A DNA stretch of 32,000 nucleotides from Candidatus Saccharibacteria bacterium oral taxon 488 (GCA_010202845.1 CP047921.1:300001-332000); one strand, 5' to 3'; numbered from the stretch's first letter, positions 1 to 8,080 are shown. The notes: generated from the sequence alone by a model not told the origin. Program-made: numbers and translations.

Positions 1-1189
1 TGGCAGCGATGGCTGACAGCAGAACGACCATGTAGCCGAAGGTGAAAGCCTGTAGATAAGTTGCTATTGGCGCGGCTTGCACCACAATCTTTTCTACGCG
101 CTGGCTTTGGTCGGTTTGCGCCGTCAGGGCAGTAGAAATCTGCGACGAGGCGACCGAACCGATAGCGAGCGCGAACACCGAGCTAACTAGAGCGGTGATC
201 GCCAACTCTGCCAAGAACTGCCCGATAATCTGCCGCTTCGACGTGCCGATAGACAGCAAGATGCCAATTTCATGCAAGCGGCCGCGCACCCAGAACACCA
301 GCACCAGTGACAAAACCGCCAGCCCTGCGGCGGCTGCACCGATGGTGGCAATCGTCAAGATATTTTGAATGCCAGCGATATTTTGGAGAACTCCAGCGAA
401 CACGGCCCCGTTGTCAGTCAGGCTGAATTTCTGCCAATCAATGTTTGGCAAGTTTTTGACGCGGTCTGTCAGCGACTTCAGCTGGTGCGGATTTTCGGCG
501 AAATACGTCGCTCGCGTCAACTGCTGGCTGCCCGCTAGCTGCTGCGCCACGGCTAGATTGGTGATGAGATGATTCTCCGCCATGTCGGACTGCAAGACCG
601 CTGGCTTTTCGCCTTTGCCGCTGAAGATACCAGCGACAGTCACCGTCACCCGCCGGCCGTCTTTGGTGATGTCCAGCTTGTCGCCTGTCTTGATACCGTT
701 TTTCTCGGCAAACGCTTTGTGGATCAGCGCCGCGTTTTGATCGCGCTTGGTCAAGTGCTTGCCCTGCTCTAGTTGGTAAAATTTACCAGTGAACTCGCCG
801 AGCAGATCGCTCTGTGTCGCGCCCGTCACCTTCGCCTCGCCAGCCACGTTAGAGTCCAGCTGCACGCCGCTGCCTGCCACGTCAATCAATTGCTTGCTTG
901 GCAGTCCCGCAGTAGTTTCTGCCTGGAAATTGTGCGCTTTGACTTTGTCCAGGCGCTGCACCCGCTGCGCGATATCCATCGGCACCTCGCCCGACGGTTG
1001 CTTGTTAGCGATGCTAAAGCCAGCACGGATATTCCGCTCGACCGATTGCTTCAGCTGCGCCATCGTCTGCTGCACCGTCAGCGTGCCGATCAGCAGCGTG
1101 AAAATCAGCGTCATGATCAGGGCGATGGTCAGGCTGCGACGCCGCCGCCGCGCCACAGCCGTCCAGGCTCGTTTGATAATCGTCATCAT
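1..1189 (-). CDS. FtsX-family (MacB-type) ABC transporter permease; C-terminus runs off the left window edge
   Basis: Absent from the ORF track because it is open at the window edge. My translation of the minus strand from ATG 1189 (second ATG at 1186) reads MMTIIKRAWTAVARRRRRSLTIALIMTLIFTLLIG (TM1). A ~230-aa extracytoplasmic domain follows, then ILTIATIGAAAAGLAVLSLVLVFWVRGRLHEIGILLSIGTSKRQIIGQFLAELAITALV, an FtsX-type TM-loop-TM. AGGGG lies just upstream, and the gene begins 6 nt after the stop of the upstream paralog. Confidence 0.8.
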   Translation of the reverse strand, partial: MMTIIKRAWTAVARRRRRSLTIALIMTLIFTLLIGTLTVQQTMAQLKQSVERNIRAGFSIANKQPSGEVPMDIAQRVQRLDKVKAHNFQAETTAGLPSKQLIDVAGSGVQLDSNVAGEAKVTGATQSDLLGEFTGKFYQLEQGKHLTKRDQNAALIHKAFAEKNGIKTGDKLDITKDGRRVTVTVAGIFSGKGEKPAVLQSDMAENHLITNLAVAQQLAGSQQLTRATYFAENPHQLKSLTDRVKNLPNIDWQKFSLTDNGAVFAGVLQNIAGIQNILTIATIGAAAAGLAVLSLVLVFWVRGRLHEIGILLSIGTSKRQIIGQFLAELAITALVSSVFALAIGSVASSQISTALTAQTDQSQRVEKIVVQAAPIATYLQAFTFGYMVVLLSAIAA

Positions 1190-1195
1190 TTGCCC

Positions 1196-2578
1196 CTAGT
1201 CCACTTCAGTTAGTAATTCTTTTGGCGTCGACTGGGTGATAGGCCGCGAAGCCAGCAGCACCGCAATGATAATCACCGCTAGCCCAGCGCCCCACACCGC
1301 CAGTAGATCCGTCGGCTGCACACCGACCGTCACCTTGTCCAGCGTACGCGATGACGTCACCGAATCAGCGTCAGCACCAAGCGACGCACCGTTGAGGGAA
1401 CTGCCAGCTTGACGTGTGGCATTCTGCACCGCCTGCGACACCACGTGATCGCCCATTTGTTGCGCAATCAGGCCTGCGGTAAAGTACGACGCACCGAAGC
1501 TCAGCACTGCGATCATCACCAGCTCGGCGATGTATTGCAGCACAATCTTTGATTGCGGCACGCCCGTCGCCAAGAGTACGCCCGCTTCGCGCTTGCGCTC
1601 GTTCATCCACAAGTACAGCACCATGCCGATTACCACAACACTGACCAGCGCCGTCGCCCACAACATACCGTCGATCAAGCCGTACACGCCATTGACTGCA
1701 CCAGTCACGCCAGCCAGTTCCTGACTATTCTTATTCAATTGATACTTTTGCCAATTGACCGGCAATTTATTCGCCCGCGCCATTACCTCATCCAACTGTT
1801 TGGTGCCCTTGGTAAAGAACGTAGCGTCCTGGTAAATCTCATTTTGCGCCGTATAGGCATTCAGCTGGCGGGTTGTCGTGAGGTCAGTCAAGAACAAATT
1901 CTCGAACAGCTCCACCTGATACGTCGCCTGCTTTGGGTTTTTGCCGTTAAATATACCGACGATTTCCACTTCCACCTCGTCCTTGGATGGATGCTCGTTG
2001 TCGGTGTCGTATTGATTGGCCTTTAACTTAATTTTACCGCCCAGCTTTAGGTTATTTGCCTTGGCGAAATCTTCGTGCACCAAAATCTTGTGCGAATCGT
2101 TCTCGGTGATGTGCCGGCCAGCGATGAGCTTGAGCGACTCAGCTCGAAACTTTTTCTCGGACTCAGATTTATTAACGCCGATGATAGTGGCGGCGTTGCC
2201 AAATTGCTTGTCTTTCTCGGCATCATAACCGCTGCCGCCACTCGGTAGTGGCACTAGCTTGGTATTGATAAAATCGACCGTGGCGTTCTGGCGCTTGACA
2301 TAGTCCGTCACACCCTCCAGATTCTTCACCGCGTCGATGTCTTTGTTCGACACCGTCCCCGAGCCGCGGGCTGTTCCCGGATTGGTACGCGGATTATTGC
2401 CCAGTGTGAAACCGGCCTTGAGCGTTTTGTCTAGCGACTGCGCCGCCGCGTCGGTCGAATGCTTGATGGCAAATCCACTCAGCATAATCGTCGACATACA
2501 CAGCAAAATCGCCAGCAAAATCAGCGTTTTGAGTTTTTTCCTGGTGATATACAACCAGGCACGTTGTACAAATGACAT
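1196..2578 (-). CDS. FtsX-family (MacB-type) ABC transporter permease
   Basis: 460 aa. N-terminal TM (LKTLILLAILLCMSTIMLSGFAI), large extracytoplasmic domain, and C-terminal TM bundle with WMNERKREAGVLLATGVPQSKIVLQYIAELVMIA typical of FtsX/MacB permeases. AAAGGAG lies immediately upstream of the ATG. Confidence 0.85.
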   Translation of the reverse strand: MSFVQRAWLYITRKKLKTLILLAILLCMSTIMLSGFAIKHSTDAAAQSLDKTLKAGFTLGNNPRTNPGTARGSGTVSNKDIDAVKNLEGVTDYVKRQNATVDFINTKLVPLPSGGSGYDAEKDKQFGNAATIIGVNKSESEKKFRAESLKLIAGRHITENDSHKILVHEDFAKANNLKLGGKIKLKANQYDTDNEHPSKDEVEVEIVGIFNGKNPKQATYQVELFENLFLTDLTTTRQLNAYTAQNEIYQDATFFTKGTKQLDEVMARANKLPVNWQKYQLNKNSQELAGVTGAVNGVYGLIDGMLWATALVSVVVIGMVLYLWMNERKREAGVLLATGVPQSKIVLQYIAELVMIAVLSFGASYFTAGLIAQQMGDHVVSQAVQNATRQAGSSLNGASLGADADSVTSSRTLDKVTVGVQPTDLLAVWGAGLAVIIIAVLLASRPITQSTPKELLTEVD

Positions 2579-2653
2579 AGATCTCCTTTCTTGGTTCTAT
2601 GTCAGTGTAGCAAGGGTATGTGAAGGGAATGTGAAATGGGTGGGGTTATCTGG

Positions 2654-2887
2654 CTATTTCTTCTCAAGCACTGCAACCCGTTTTTTCAAATCATCCAGTT
2701 CGGCGCGGAGTTCGCTTGTGCTTGCTGCGGGATTGTTTGGTTCTGTCTTTTTAGTTTTAGCGTCTTTCTCTTGCTTAGCTCTCTGTTCCTTGCCAGCTTT
2801 TGCGGCAATATGCATAGAGATGGCGCTACTTGATACTACGATAATAATACCTATCATAGATACGATGTCTAGGGGTTTGATTTCCAT
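2654..2887 (-). CDS. Small single-pass membrane protein with Lys-rich linker and short C-terminal coiled coil (hypothetical)
   Basis: 77 aa. One hydrophobic span (IVSMIGIIIVVSSSAISMHIAA), then KAGKEQRAKQEKDAKTKK and ELRAELDDLKKRVAVLEKK. AGAGGA lies upstream of the ATG. No family recognised. Confidence 0.45.
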   Translation of the reverse strand: MEIKPLDIVSMIGIIIVVSSSAISMHIAAKAGKEQRAKQEKDAKTKKTEPNNPAASTSELRAELDDLKKRVAVLEKK

Positions 2888-3016
2888 ATATATTCCTCTG
2901 TTTATGATTTATTGTTAGGTTTATTATACATCCTGCTGTGGTATGCGGCTAGTAGGTTGACGCTAGCTGTGCATGCACTTTAGTTATAATTGGACTATCA
3001 CCATAGTCAGACAAGC

Positions 3017-4069
3017 CTAAGGTTTCGACCGAACGCTGTTTCTGGCCTTTTTAATATCTCTTTTTTTGATGCGCAATCCCCACTGCTGAACAGTGACGTC
3101 TAGTGCATAGCCTTCGGGAAATAAGCCTTCAATCGTCCAGCCGTGTCGCTGCAAACAAGCTATCTGCCACGGCTCAGGAATGAGATGGACATATAGCTTA
3201 CGACTATAACCAGCTAATAATTGTGGCAAGTTAGCTACCAGTACTTCGAAAACAGTCTCTGATTTCGCTACCAATGGCATGATTTTAATCGGCTGGCCTT
3301 TCTTTGGAGTTGCGCCGACAACGCCAACGACCTTTCTATCCTGCTCAGCGATAAAAATAAGCTTATATTTCGTATCGACATTTCGACCTTCACGCCGTCG
3401 ATAACCAGCAAACAGTGTATCAATCCATGCATTATTAACGCCGTAAAAACTACTGCCCACCTGCGACAAAATCAGCCGTCTCGTCGCAGCGGTATGCTTT
3501 TTCTCGTCAAACGGGACGATTGAAATATCTGACAAGCCAGGAGTTGTGCTCTGACTCAGCGGCTTGTATAGCATACACTCGTCGATACCAGGTTTATAAT
3601 GATCTTGCGCCTTACCAGCCAGATGAAAGCCTTTGCGCAATAGAAACTTGAACGTGGCTTGGTTTTGGGCAGCCACTGTACAGTAGAGTTGCCGAGTGTG
3701 GTGTTTGCGAGCAAAATCCTCAGCATGGCGAAGTAACTTACTGCCAATGCCAAATTTACCGCGATATTCTGGCGCAACGATGAGCGGACTAATTTTAACT
3801 GTCCCCTGCTTCTTGACAACTAAATGAATCATTCCAGCGGGATGATGATTGACTTCTGCAATAAATATGTACTGCAGAAGTGAAAACTGCCCGACAGAAT
3901 CGACGTTATTATTGATATGCGCGGTAAAAATCCGCCGTGCGTGAGCTCGATGATCGCCATTGTAAAACGGCCCAAGTGTTTCTGTCATCAAGCGGGAAAC
4001 GAAATCAACATCGCCTGCTTTGGCTTTACGGATATTCACAGTGACTGACGATTTCTTATATCGGTGCAT
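3017..4069 (-). CDS. Two-domain (tandem) GNAT-family N-acetyltransferase
   Basis: 350 aa. The first half has the GNAT core (LIVAPEYRGKFGIGSKLLRHAEDFARKHHTRQLYCTVAAQNQATFKFLLRKGFHLAG). The second half repeats a GNAT-like beta-alpha pattern (KLIFIAEQDRKVVGVVGATPKKGQPIKIMPLVA ... LQRHGWTIEGL). Lies in an AT-rich patch. Confidence 0.75.
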   Translation of the reverse strand: MHRYKKSSVTVNIRKAKAGDVDFVSRLMTETLGPFYNGDHRAHARRIFTAHINNNVDSVGQFSLLQYIFIAEVNHHPAGMIHLVVKKQGTVKISPLIVAPEYRGKFGIGSKLLRHAEDFARKHHTRQLYCTVAAQNQATFKFLLRKGFHLAGKAQDHYKPGIDECMLYKPLSQSTTPGLSDISIVPFDEKKHTAATRRLILSQVGSSFYGVNNAWIDTLFAGYRRREGRNVDTKYKLIFIAEQDRKVVGVVGATPKKGQPIKIMPLVAKSETVFEVLVANLPQLLAGYSRKLYVHLIPEPWQIACLQRHGWTIEGLFPEGYALDVTVQQWGLRIKKRDIKKARNSVRSKP

Positions 4070-4189
4070 GGGTTTATTGTCTTATACCCTATACAATAAT
4101 ACAAGTTATCTATTGCTACACATGCGTAATTTATGGCTATGGCTAGTCAAATTGGTGCAAATTCAATACCGGTAACACCGCCTTACAAT

Positions 4190-4367
4190 TACTACTCAAG
4201 CGGATAAAGTTCATTATCCATTCATCGATTGGTAAAAATTATTTGGTCGCCGATTTGAATTTTCTGGCGCTTCTCATCATATAGTCGTGATTCGAGGTTT
4301 TGCTGCCAGAGGTGATAGCGTTAAAGAGTTCGGTAGCTTTTTTGAATTTGGTTCTTGATTTCTTTTT
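4190..4367 (-). pseudogene. Decayed ASCH-domain gene (frameshift, premature stop, no start codon)
   Basis: Minus-strand translation gives KKKSRTKFKKATELFNAITSGSKT in one frame. After a 1-nt frame change near 4295-4300 it continues LESRLYDEKRQKIQIGDQIIFTNR and hits TGA at 4222-4224. Joined, this matches the ASCH N-terminal pattern F..I.SG.KT.E.RL.DEKRQ.I..GD.I.F. A TAG at 4368-4370 lies directly upstream, so no start codon remains. Confidence 0.35.
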
Positions 4368-4405
4368 CTAGGACGGAACCTGCCGCAAAGTGGTTTACTA
4401 TTACA

Positions 4406-4678
4406 TTACTCAACCCGCTCGGCAAGCGACATCACCTGATATCCGTATTGATCAATGTCTTCTTGTTTCCAAAAATCGATTTCTTTCGTGCGTAAAACTT
4501 CGCCTACTACATGACGGACTTTGCGGCCGGTTGGCGTTCCTTCATAATTTATCTCAATCTGCTCCAGAATGTCACCGGGTTGGATGTCAAAATCGGCCAC
4601 TCTCATATCAAACGTTTTCTCGCCCGTTAGGACTTTTTCGAATAAATCGGGGTAAGATTTTTTGGTGATAATTTTCAT
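4406..4678 (-). CDS. ASCH/DUF3850-like PUA-fold protein
   Basis: Start moved to the internal ATG at 4678: MKIITKKSYPDLFEKVLTGEKTFDMRVADFDIQPGDILEQIE...PTGRKVRHVVGEVL. This matches the DUF3850/ASCH pattern (PE.F..VL.G.KTFE.R..D....GD.L.L.E....TGR). TATAAT at 4686-4691 lies 7 nt upstream of this ATG. Confidence 0.65.
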   Translation of the reverse strand: MKIITKKSYPDLFEKVLTGEKTFDMRVADFDIQPGDILEQIEINYEGTPTGRKVRHVVGEVLRTKEIDFWKQEDIDQYGYQVMSLAERVE

Positions 4679-4840
4679 ACCTTCTATTATAAAGTTATGC
4701 GACTTAGGCCACAAGCCGATGCTAAAATTGTGCAGCGAATACTATCTTGATTTATTGGGAGTTAGGTATTGGTTGTAGCCTTATTCTAGTGTGAGTGAGC
4801 AGGAAATTACCATGGTTTGTGGCGATTTTTGTAAGATTGC

Positions 4841-4869
4841 TTGACTTTGGGTACTATTATTGATATATA
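4841..4869 (+). promoter_or_regulatory. Strong sigma70-type promoter P3 (TTGACT-17-TATATA), third member of a promoter family
   Basis: TTGACT at 4841-4846, 17-nt spacer, TATATA at 4864-4869. 23 of 29 positions, including the spacer, are identical to the promoters at 18034-18062 and 20830-20858. A 5' UTR hairpin follows: CAGCGTT (4873-4879) / AACGCTG (4894-4900). Confidence 0.55.
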
Positions 4870-4928
4870 TATCAGCGTTTTGGAATAATCCTTAACGCTG
4901 CTCCTTCTACTCGAGAAAGGCCTAAGTT

Positions 4929-5144
4929 ATGGAAATTGAGGGCTATGTTAAATGCGGTGACAACTGTATCATCAGGAAGTTGTCCAACGGCGAGCACGCC
5001 GTTTTGATTCCTGACAATGTGGTCGGCGAAACATGGTACAGGTGCATGTACGATGTGTACCTGCGCTACCAGGTGCCATCACGCAATACGGTTGTCATTA
5101 GCAGACCGTCCTGCCAATCCAACTGCTGTTGTCGAGAGGAGTGA
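4929..5144 (+). CDS. Hypothetical small Cys-rich protein (71 aa)
   Basis: Lies downstream of P3, with GAAAGG 8 nt upstream of the ATG. C-terminus is ...RPSCQSNCCCREE. An alternative frame (5017-5208) ends in an ATGAATGA overlap with the next ORF, so the true frame and integrity are uncertain. Confidence 0.3.
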   Translation: MEIEGYVKCGDNCIIRKLSNGEHAVLIPDNVVGETWYRCMYDVYLRYQVPSRNTVVISRPSCQSNCCCREE

Positions 5145-5200
5145 TACAATAGACCCGAGCAAGTCTATAAACTGCTCACTTTCAAAGAGGGTTAAAATTA

Positions 5201-5398
5201 ATGAATGATCCAATTGAGATATCAGTTGCCGAGGAATTATTGTTCCTGATAGATAGCGCCATAGAAAAAAGAGATATTAAGCAATTGACTAGTATTTATG
5301 GCATAGTTCATGAGTTTATTGGTAAACCTATTTATGATCCTCGGGCGGACTTTTACCGCTTTACCTCCCTCTCCGCGCCGCTATGGCAAACCACATAA
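5201..5398 (+). CDS. Hypothetical small protein (65 aa)
   Basis: AGAGGG lies about 10 nt upstream. The N-terminal 45 aa look protein-like (MNDPIEISVAEELLFLIDSAIEKRDIKQLTSIYGIVHEFIGKPIY). The 3' end overlaps the convergent gene by 38 nt. No family recognised. Confidence 0.3.
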   Translation: MNDPIEISVAEELLFLIDSAIEKRDIKQLTSIYGIVHEFIGKPIYDPRADFYRFTSLSAPLWQTT

Positions 5399-5666
5399 AG
5401 TAATCCTCTAACGATTCGTCTTCCATGCCGGCGAATAGTTCGCGGGCGCGCAGGACTTCGCGGAGTTTTGGTGATTTTTGGTGGGCAAGCTGCTCGGCGG
5501 TGGCGTCCAATAAGTCCAAGCCGCGCTGCCAGGCGCCAGTCATTGCAGCCGTATCGCCGCGGCGCCGGGCGGCAAACGCTCGCCCGACCTCTGAGCCGAT
5601 GTTGCCCATTTGCTCGAAAATCGTCAAGCTTTGCCACTTCTCTCGGTCAAAGACATGTTCACTCAC
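5361..5666 (-). CDS. Conserved-looking helical protein partnered with DUF5674 (hypothetical)
   Basis: Start moved to GTG at 5666, with GGAG 6 nt upstream and an 8-nt GTGAGTGA overlap with the upstream stop. Sequence: VSEHVFDREKWQSLTIFEQMGNIGSEVGRAFAARRRGD...GLDLLDATAEQLAHQKSPKLREVLRARELF. All-helical. The longer track ORF adds an implausible N-terminus. Confidence 0.6.
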   Translation of the reverse strand: MSEHVFDREKWQSLTIFEQMGNIGSEVGRAFAARRRGDTAAMTGAWQRGLDLLDATAEQLAHQKSPKLREVLRARELFAGMEDESLEDYFMWFAIAARRGR

Positions 5667-6000
5667 GGACGACTCCGGCGATGATATCAATGATTTGCTG
5701 CCGCACCGCTGGGTCGAGCACATCACGCGACGGATTATTTTGCCGCGGACGAATGTTTATCATGCTATCAAACTCGATAAATTCATCTGTACCAAACTTA
5801 TCCGGATGTAGGTTAATCCCCCATAGATCGGCTTGCTGCGATCCGCGTTCTAGCAAATACGCCTCGCCATCAGCATGCATATCCATGTCGATTACCACAA
5901 TTTTCTTAGCAATATCGACATCCGCCTTGACCATCGTCCCGTACATTCTCTCGGCCATCGGGTGAAGCTCGGCGAGGGTTATGGTATCAATAATCTTCAT
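5659..6000 (-). CDS. DUF5674-family protein
   Basis: 113 aa: MKIIDTITLAELHPMAERMYGTMVKADVDIAKKIVVIDMDMHADGEAYLLERGSQQADLWGINLHPDKFG. This matches my memory of the DUF5674 pattern. TGcTACAAT lies exactly 6 nt upstream of the ATG (leaderless layout). Confidence 0.65.
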   Translation of the reverse strand: MKIIDTITLAELHPMAERMYGTMVKADVDIAKKIVVIDMDMHADGEAYLLERGSQQADLWGINLHPDKFGTDEFIEFDSMINIRPRQNNPSRDVLDPAVRQQIIDIIAGVVRE

Positions 6001-6109
6001 GGTTTAATTGTAGCACAGACAGCCAGCGCTTCAGCATGATATGCTGACGGCGGAATCTTTATGTAAAGCAGGAGTTGAGAGTCTGTTTGACGACTTTAAT
6101 ATGCACAAT

Positions 6110-6685
6110 TTAGGAAGACCTATTCTTGGACCCGTATTTTTCTCTAGCTATTTTAGTATACTTTCTGATAAAATCGCTTTTTGCATCAGTATATCCATCT
6201 CTGTCATGCTCAAATTCCTTCCAAAGTTGTAGTTTCAATTTCTCGTACTGTTTGGCAATATCGCCATTCTCAATTAGATAATCCCTAAAGTAGATCTCAT
6301 CATTATCCCCCACGATCCTAATATGAATATGAAATACCTTATCCGCGAAGCCCTGTTTGGTATATCCCTTATTCAATGAGATTCGTTTTGCTTTCTCACT
6401 CATGCACAACCAATTATTTTCAACAAGAATATTTTTTACAGGCTCTAATTCTTTCTCCGACGGGACTTCAAGCAATATATCTACTATATTCTTTGCCTGT
6501 ATATTTGGGATGGCCGTGCTGCCAATGTGAGATATTCGTGCTATGTATTTTTCTGGCACCAATGAGGAGATGACTTTCACCTCCTCATCATACCAGTGTA
6601 CCCATTCTCGATTGTGTTCTACAAGAAATATAGGGAATAGTTGCCACAATTCTTCCAAACTCATTTTCTCTAGTTCTCTATCCAT
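6110..6685 (-). CDS. GrpB-family (UPF0157, nucleotidyltransferase-fold) protein
   Basis: HIGSTAIPNIQAKNIVDILLEV and HIHIRIVGDNDEIYFRDYLIENGDIAKQYEKLK are GrpB hallmarks. Start set to ATG 6685, 5 nt downstream of AGGAGG (6691-6696), which lies inside the end of the upstream kinase gene. Confidence 0.85.
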   Translation of the reverse strand: MDRELEKMSLEELWQLFPIFLVEHNREWVHWYDEEVKVISSLVPEKYIARISHIGSTAIPNIQAKNIVDILLEVPSEKELEPVKNILVENNWLCMSEKAKRISLNKGYTKQGFADKVFHIHIRIVGDNDEIYFRDYLIENGDIAKQYEKLKLQLWKEFEHDRDGYTDAKSDFIRKYTKIAREKYGSKNRSS

Positions 6686-6694
6686 CACATCCTC

Positions 6695-8080
6695 CTACTC
6701 AAACCTCACCACAAACCGCATGCCCTGCCCGTGCGGCGTGAATTTGTAGTCTAGGCCCTTAGCGTCGAGCAGCATTTTCACGGTATAGAGACCAATGCCA
6801 CTGCTGTCAGTGTGTTGCTTCGTGGCGGCATTGCTCCGATAAAACGGGTCGAAAACGTGCTGTAGTTGTTGTTTGGTGAGTGGTTTGCAAGCGTTTTCGA
6901 TGGCCAGCTCATGCTGATCGCAGGTAATTGTTATCACACTCCCCGCGTCGCCGTGGCGCACCGCGTTTGATACCAGGTTCGAGATGACGTGGCGCATCAT
7001 GTCGCGGTTAGCACGAATGGTCGCCGGACGGGCGTCAACTGTGAAAGTCATGCCGCGCGTTTTCGCCAGTAGTGTATAATCATCAACCACCTCGGCGATC
7101 AGCTGATCAACCCTCAGTCGCTTTTCTTGGCGCACGGCTTGCTCAGCCACGTTTCCAGAGCGCAAGACGTTGTTCACCATCGTCGTCAATTGATCAACCC
7201 GTGCCACCGATTTCGCCAGGTACTGATCACGGTCTTTATACTCGCCGATGTTGAGTTGCATATTCTCAAGTATGATCCGGAGCGCCGCCAATGGCGTCTT
7301 CAACTCATGCGAGGCTGCACGGAGGAAAGCAATTTTTTCCTTCTCCAGCTGGGTGATCCGCTTATTCTCATGCTCCAGTGAGCGAATCGTCTGCCACAGA
7401 TTTTGATAGAGCTCATTGATATTTCGCCCTAGTACGCCGATCTCGTCATGACTGTTCACTGGGTAGTGTACGTCCTTTTCCAGTCGCTGCATGGTCGTGG
7501 TCACCGCCGCCATCTTACGAATCGGCCGCGTCACAAAACGGCTATACATGTACGAGAACACGAGCGCCACCAACAGTGAACCAAGCATGGTATACGGCAA
7601 TACGTGCAGCGTGGCGAGCTTGGCCTGAGTAACGGGCGCTACATCGGCCAGTAGCTTGATTCTGGCCGTTTGTCCGCGATTATCCGCCACACTACCCTGC
7701 TCTAAAATCACCGAGCGCGGATCGACCGTTTGCCCATCAGCGATTTTCACCACGCTGGTATCGACTGGTTTACCGCTGTCTGTCACGATATTGACAGATT
7801 GAAAGCCTTGAAAATACTGATCGCGCCCGTCAATCGTCAGCGTGATGTTGACATTTTTCATACTCGCAAATTCCTGGCTGAGACGACGCATTTCCTCAGT
7901 CGATTTACCGCGTAGCTCAGCCACGAGCGCCGTGAGATTGTCCGCCGCCTCGCGCTCTTTTTGCTGTAGATAAAATTGCGGCATCAAGGTGTAGACCAGC
8001 GCATGCACCAGGATGATCAACGCCGCAAACAGGCCAATTGACACCAAGAACGTTTTGGGAAATAATTTAAGCCGCTTCAT
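6695..8080 (-). CDS. Sensor histidine kinase (2 TM, ~130-aa extracytoplasmic domain, HAMP, HisKA, HATPase_c)
   Basis: H-box ASHELKTPLAAL, N-box LVSNAVRHG, G-box SSGIGLYTVK, and two TM segments. Overlaps the upstream regulator gene by 14 nt. Confidence 0.9.
   Translation of the reverse strand: MKRLKLFPKTFLVSIGLFAALIILVHALVYTLMPQFYLQQKEREAADNLTALVAELRGKSTEEMRRLSQEFASMKNVNITLTIDGRDQYFQGFQSVNIVTDSGKPVDTSVVKIADGQTVDPRSVILEQGSVADNRGQTARIKLLADVAPVTQAKLATLHVLPYTMLGSLLVALVFSYMYSRFVTRPIRKMAAVTTTMQRLEKDVHYPVNSHDEIGVLGRNINELYQNLWQTIRSLEHENKRITQLEKEKIAFLRAASHELKTPLAALRIILENMQLNIGEYKDRDQYLAKSVARVDQLTTMVNNVLRSGNVAEQAVRQEKRLRVDQLIAEVVDDYTLLAKTRGMTFTVDARPATIRANRDMMRHVISNLVSNAVRHGDAGSVITITCDQHELAIENACKPLTKQQLQHVFDPFYRSNAATKQHTDSSGIGLYTVKMLLDAKGLDYKFTPHGQGMRFVVRFE

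Noticed and set aside
369-1213. Four + strand track ORFs (67-146 aa)
   Set aside because: They are antisense to a clear FtsX permease reading frame that is open to the window edge. Their products are Arg/Cys/His-rich and look like no protein family.
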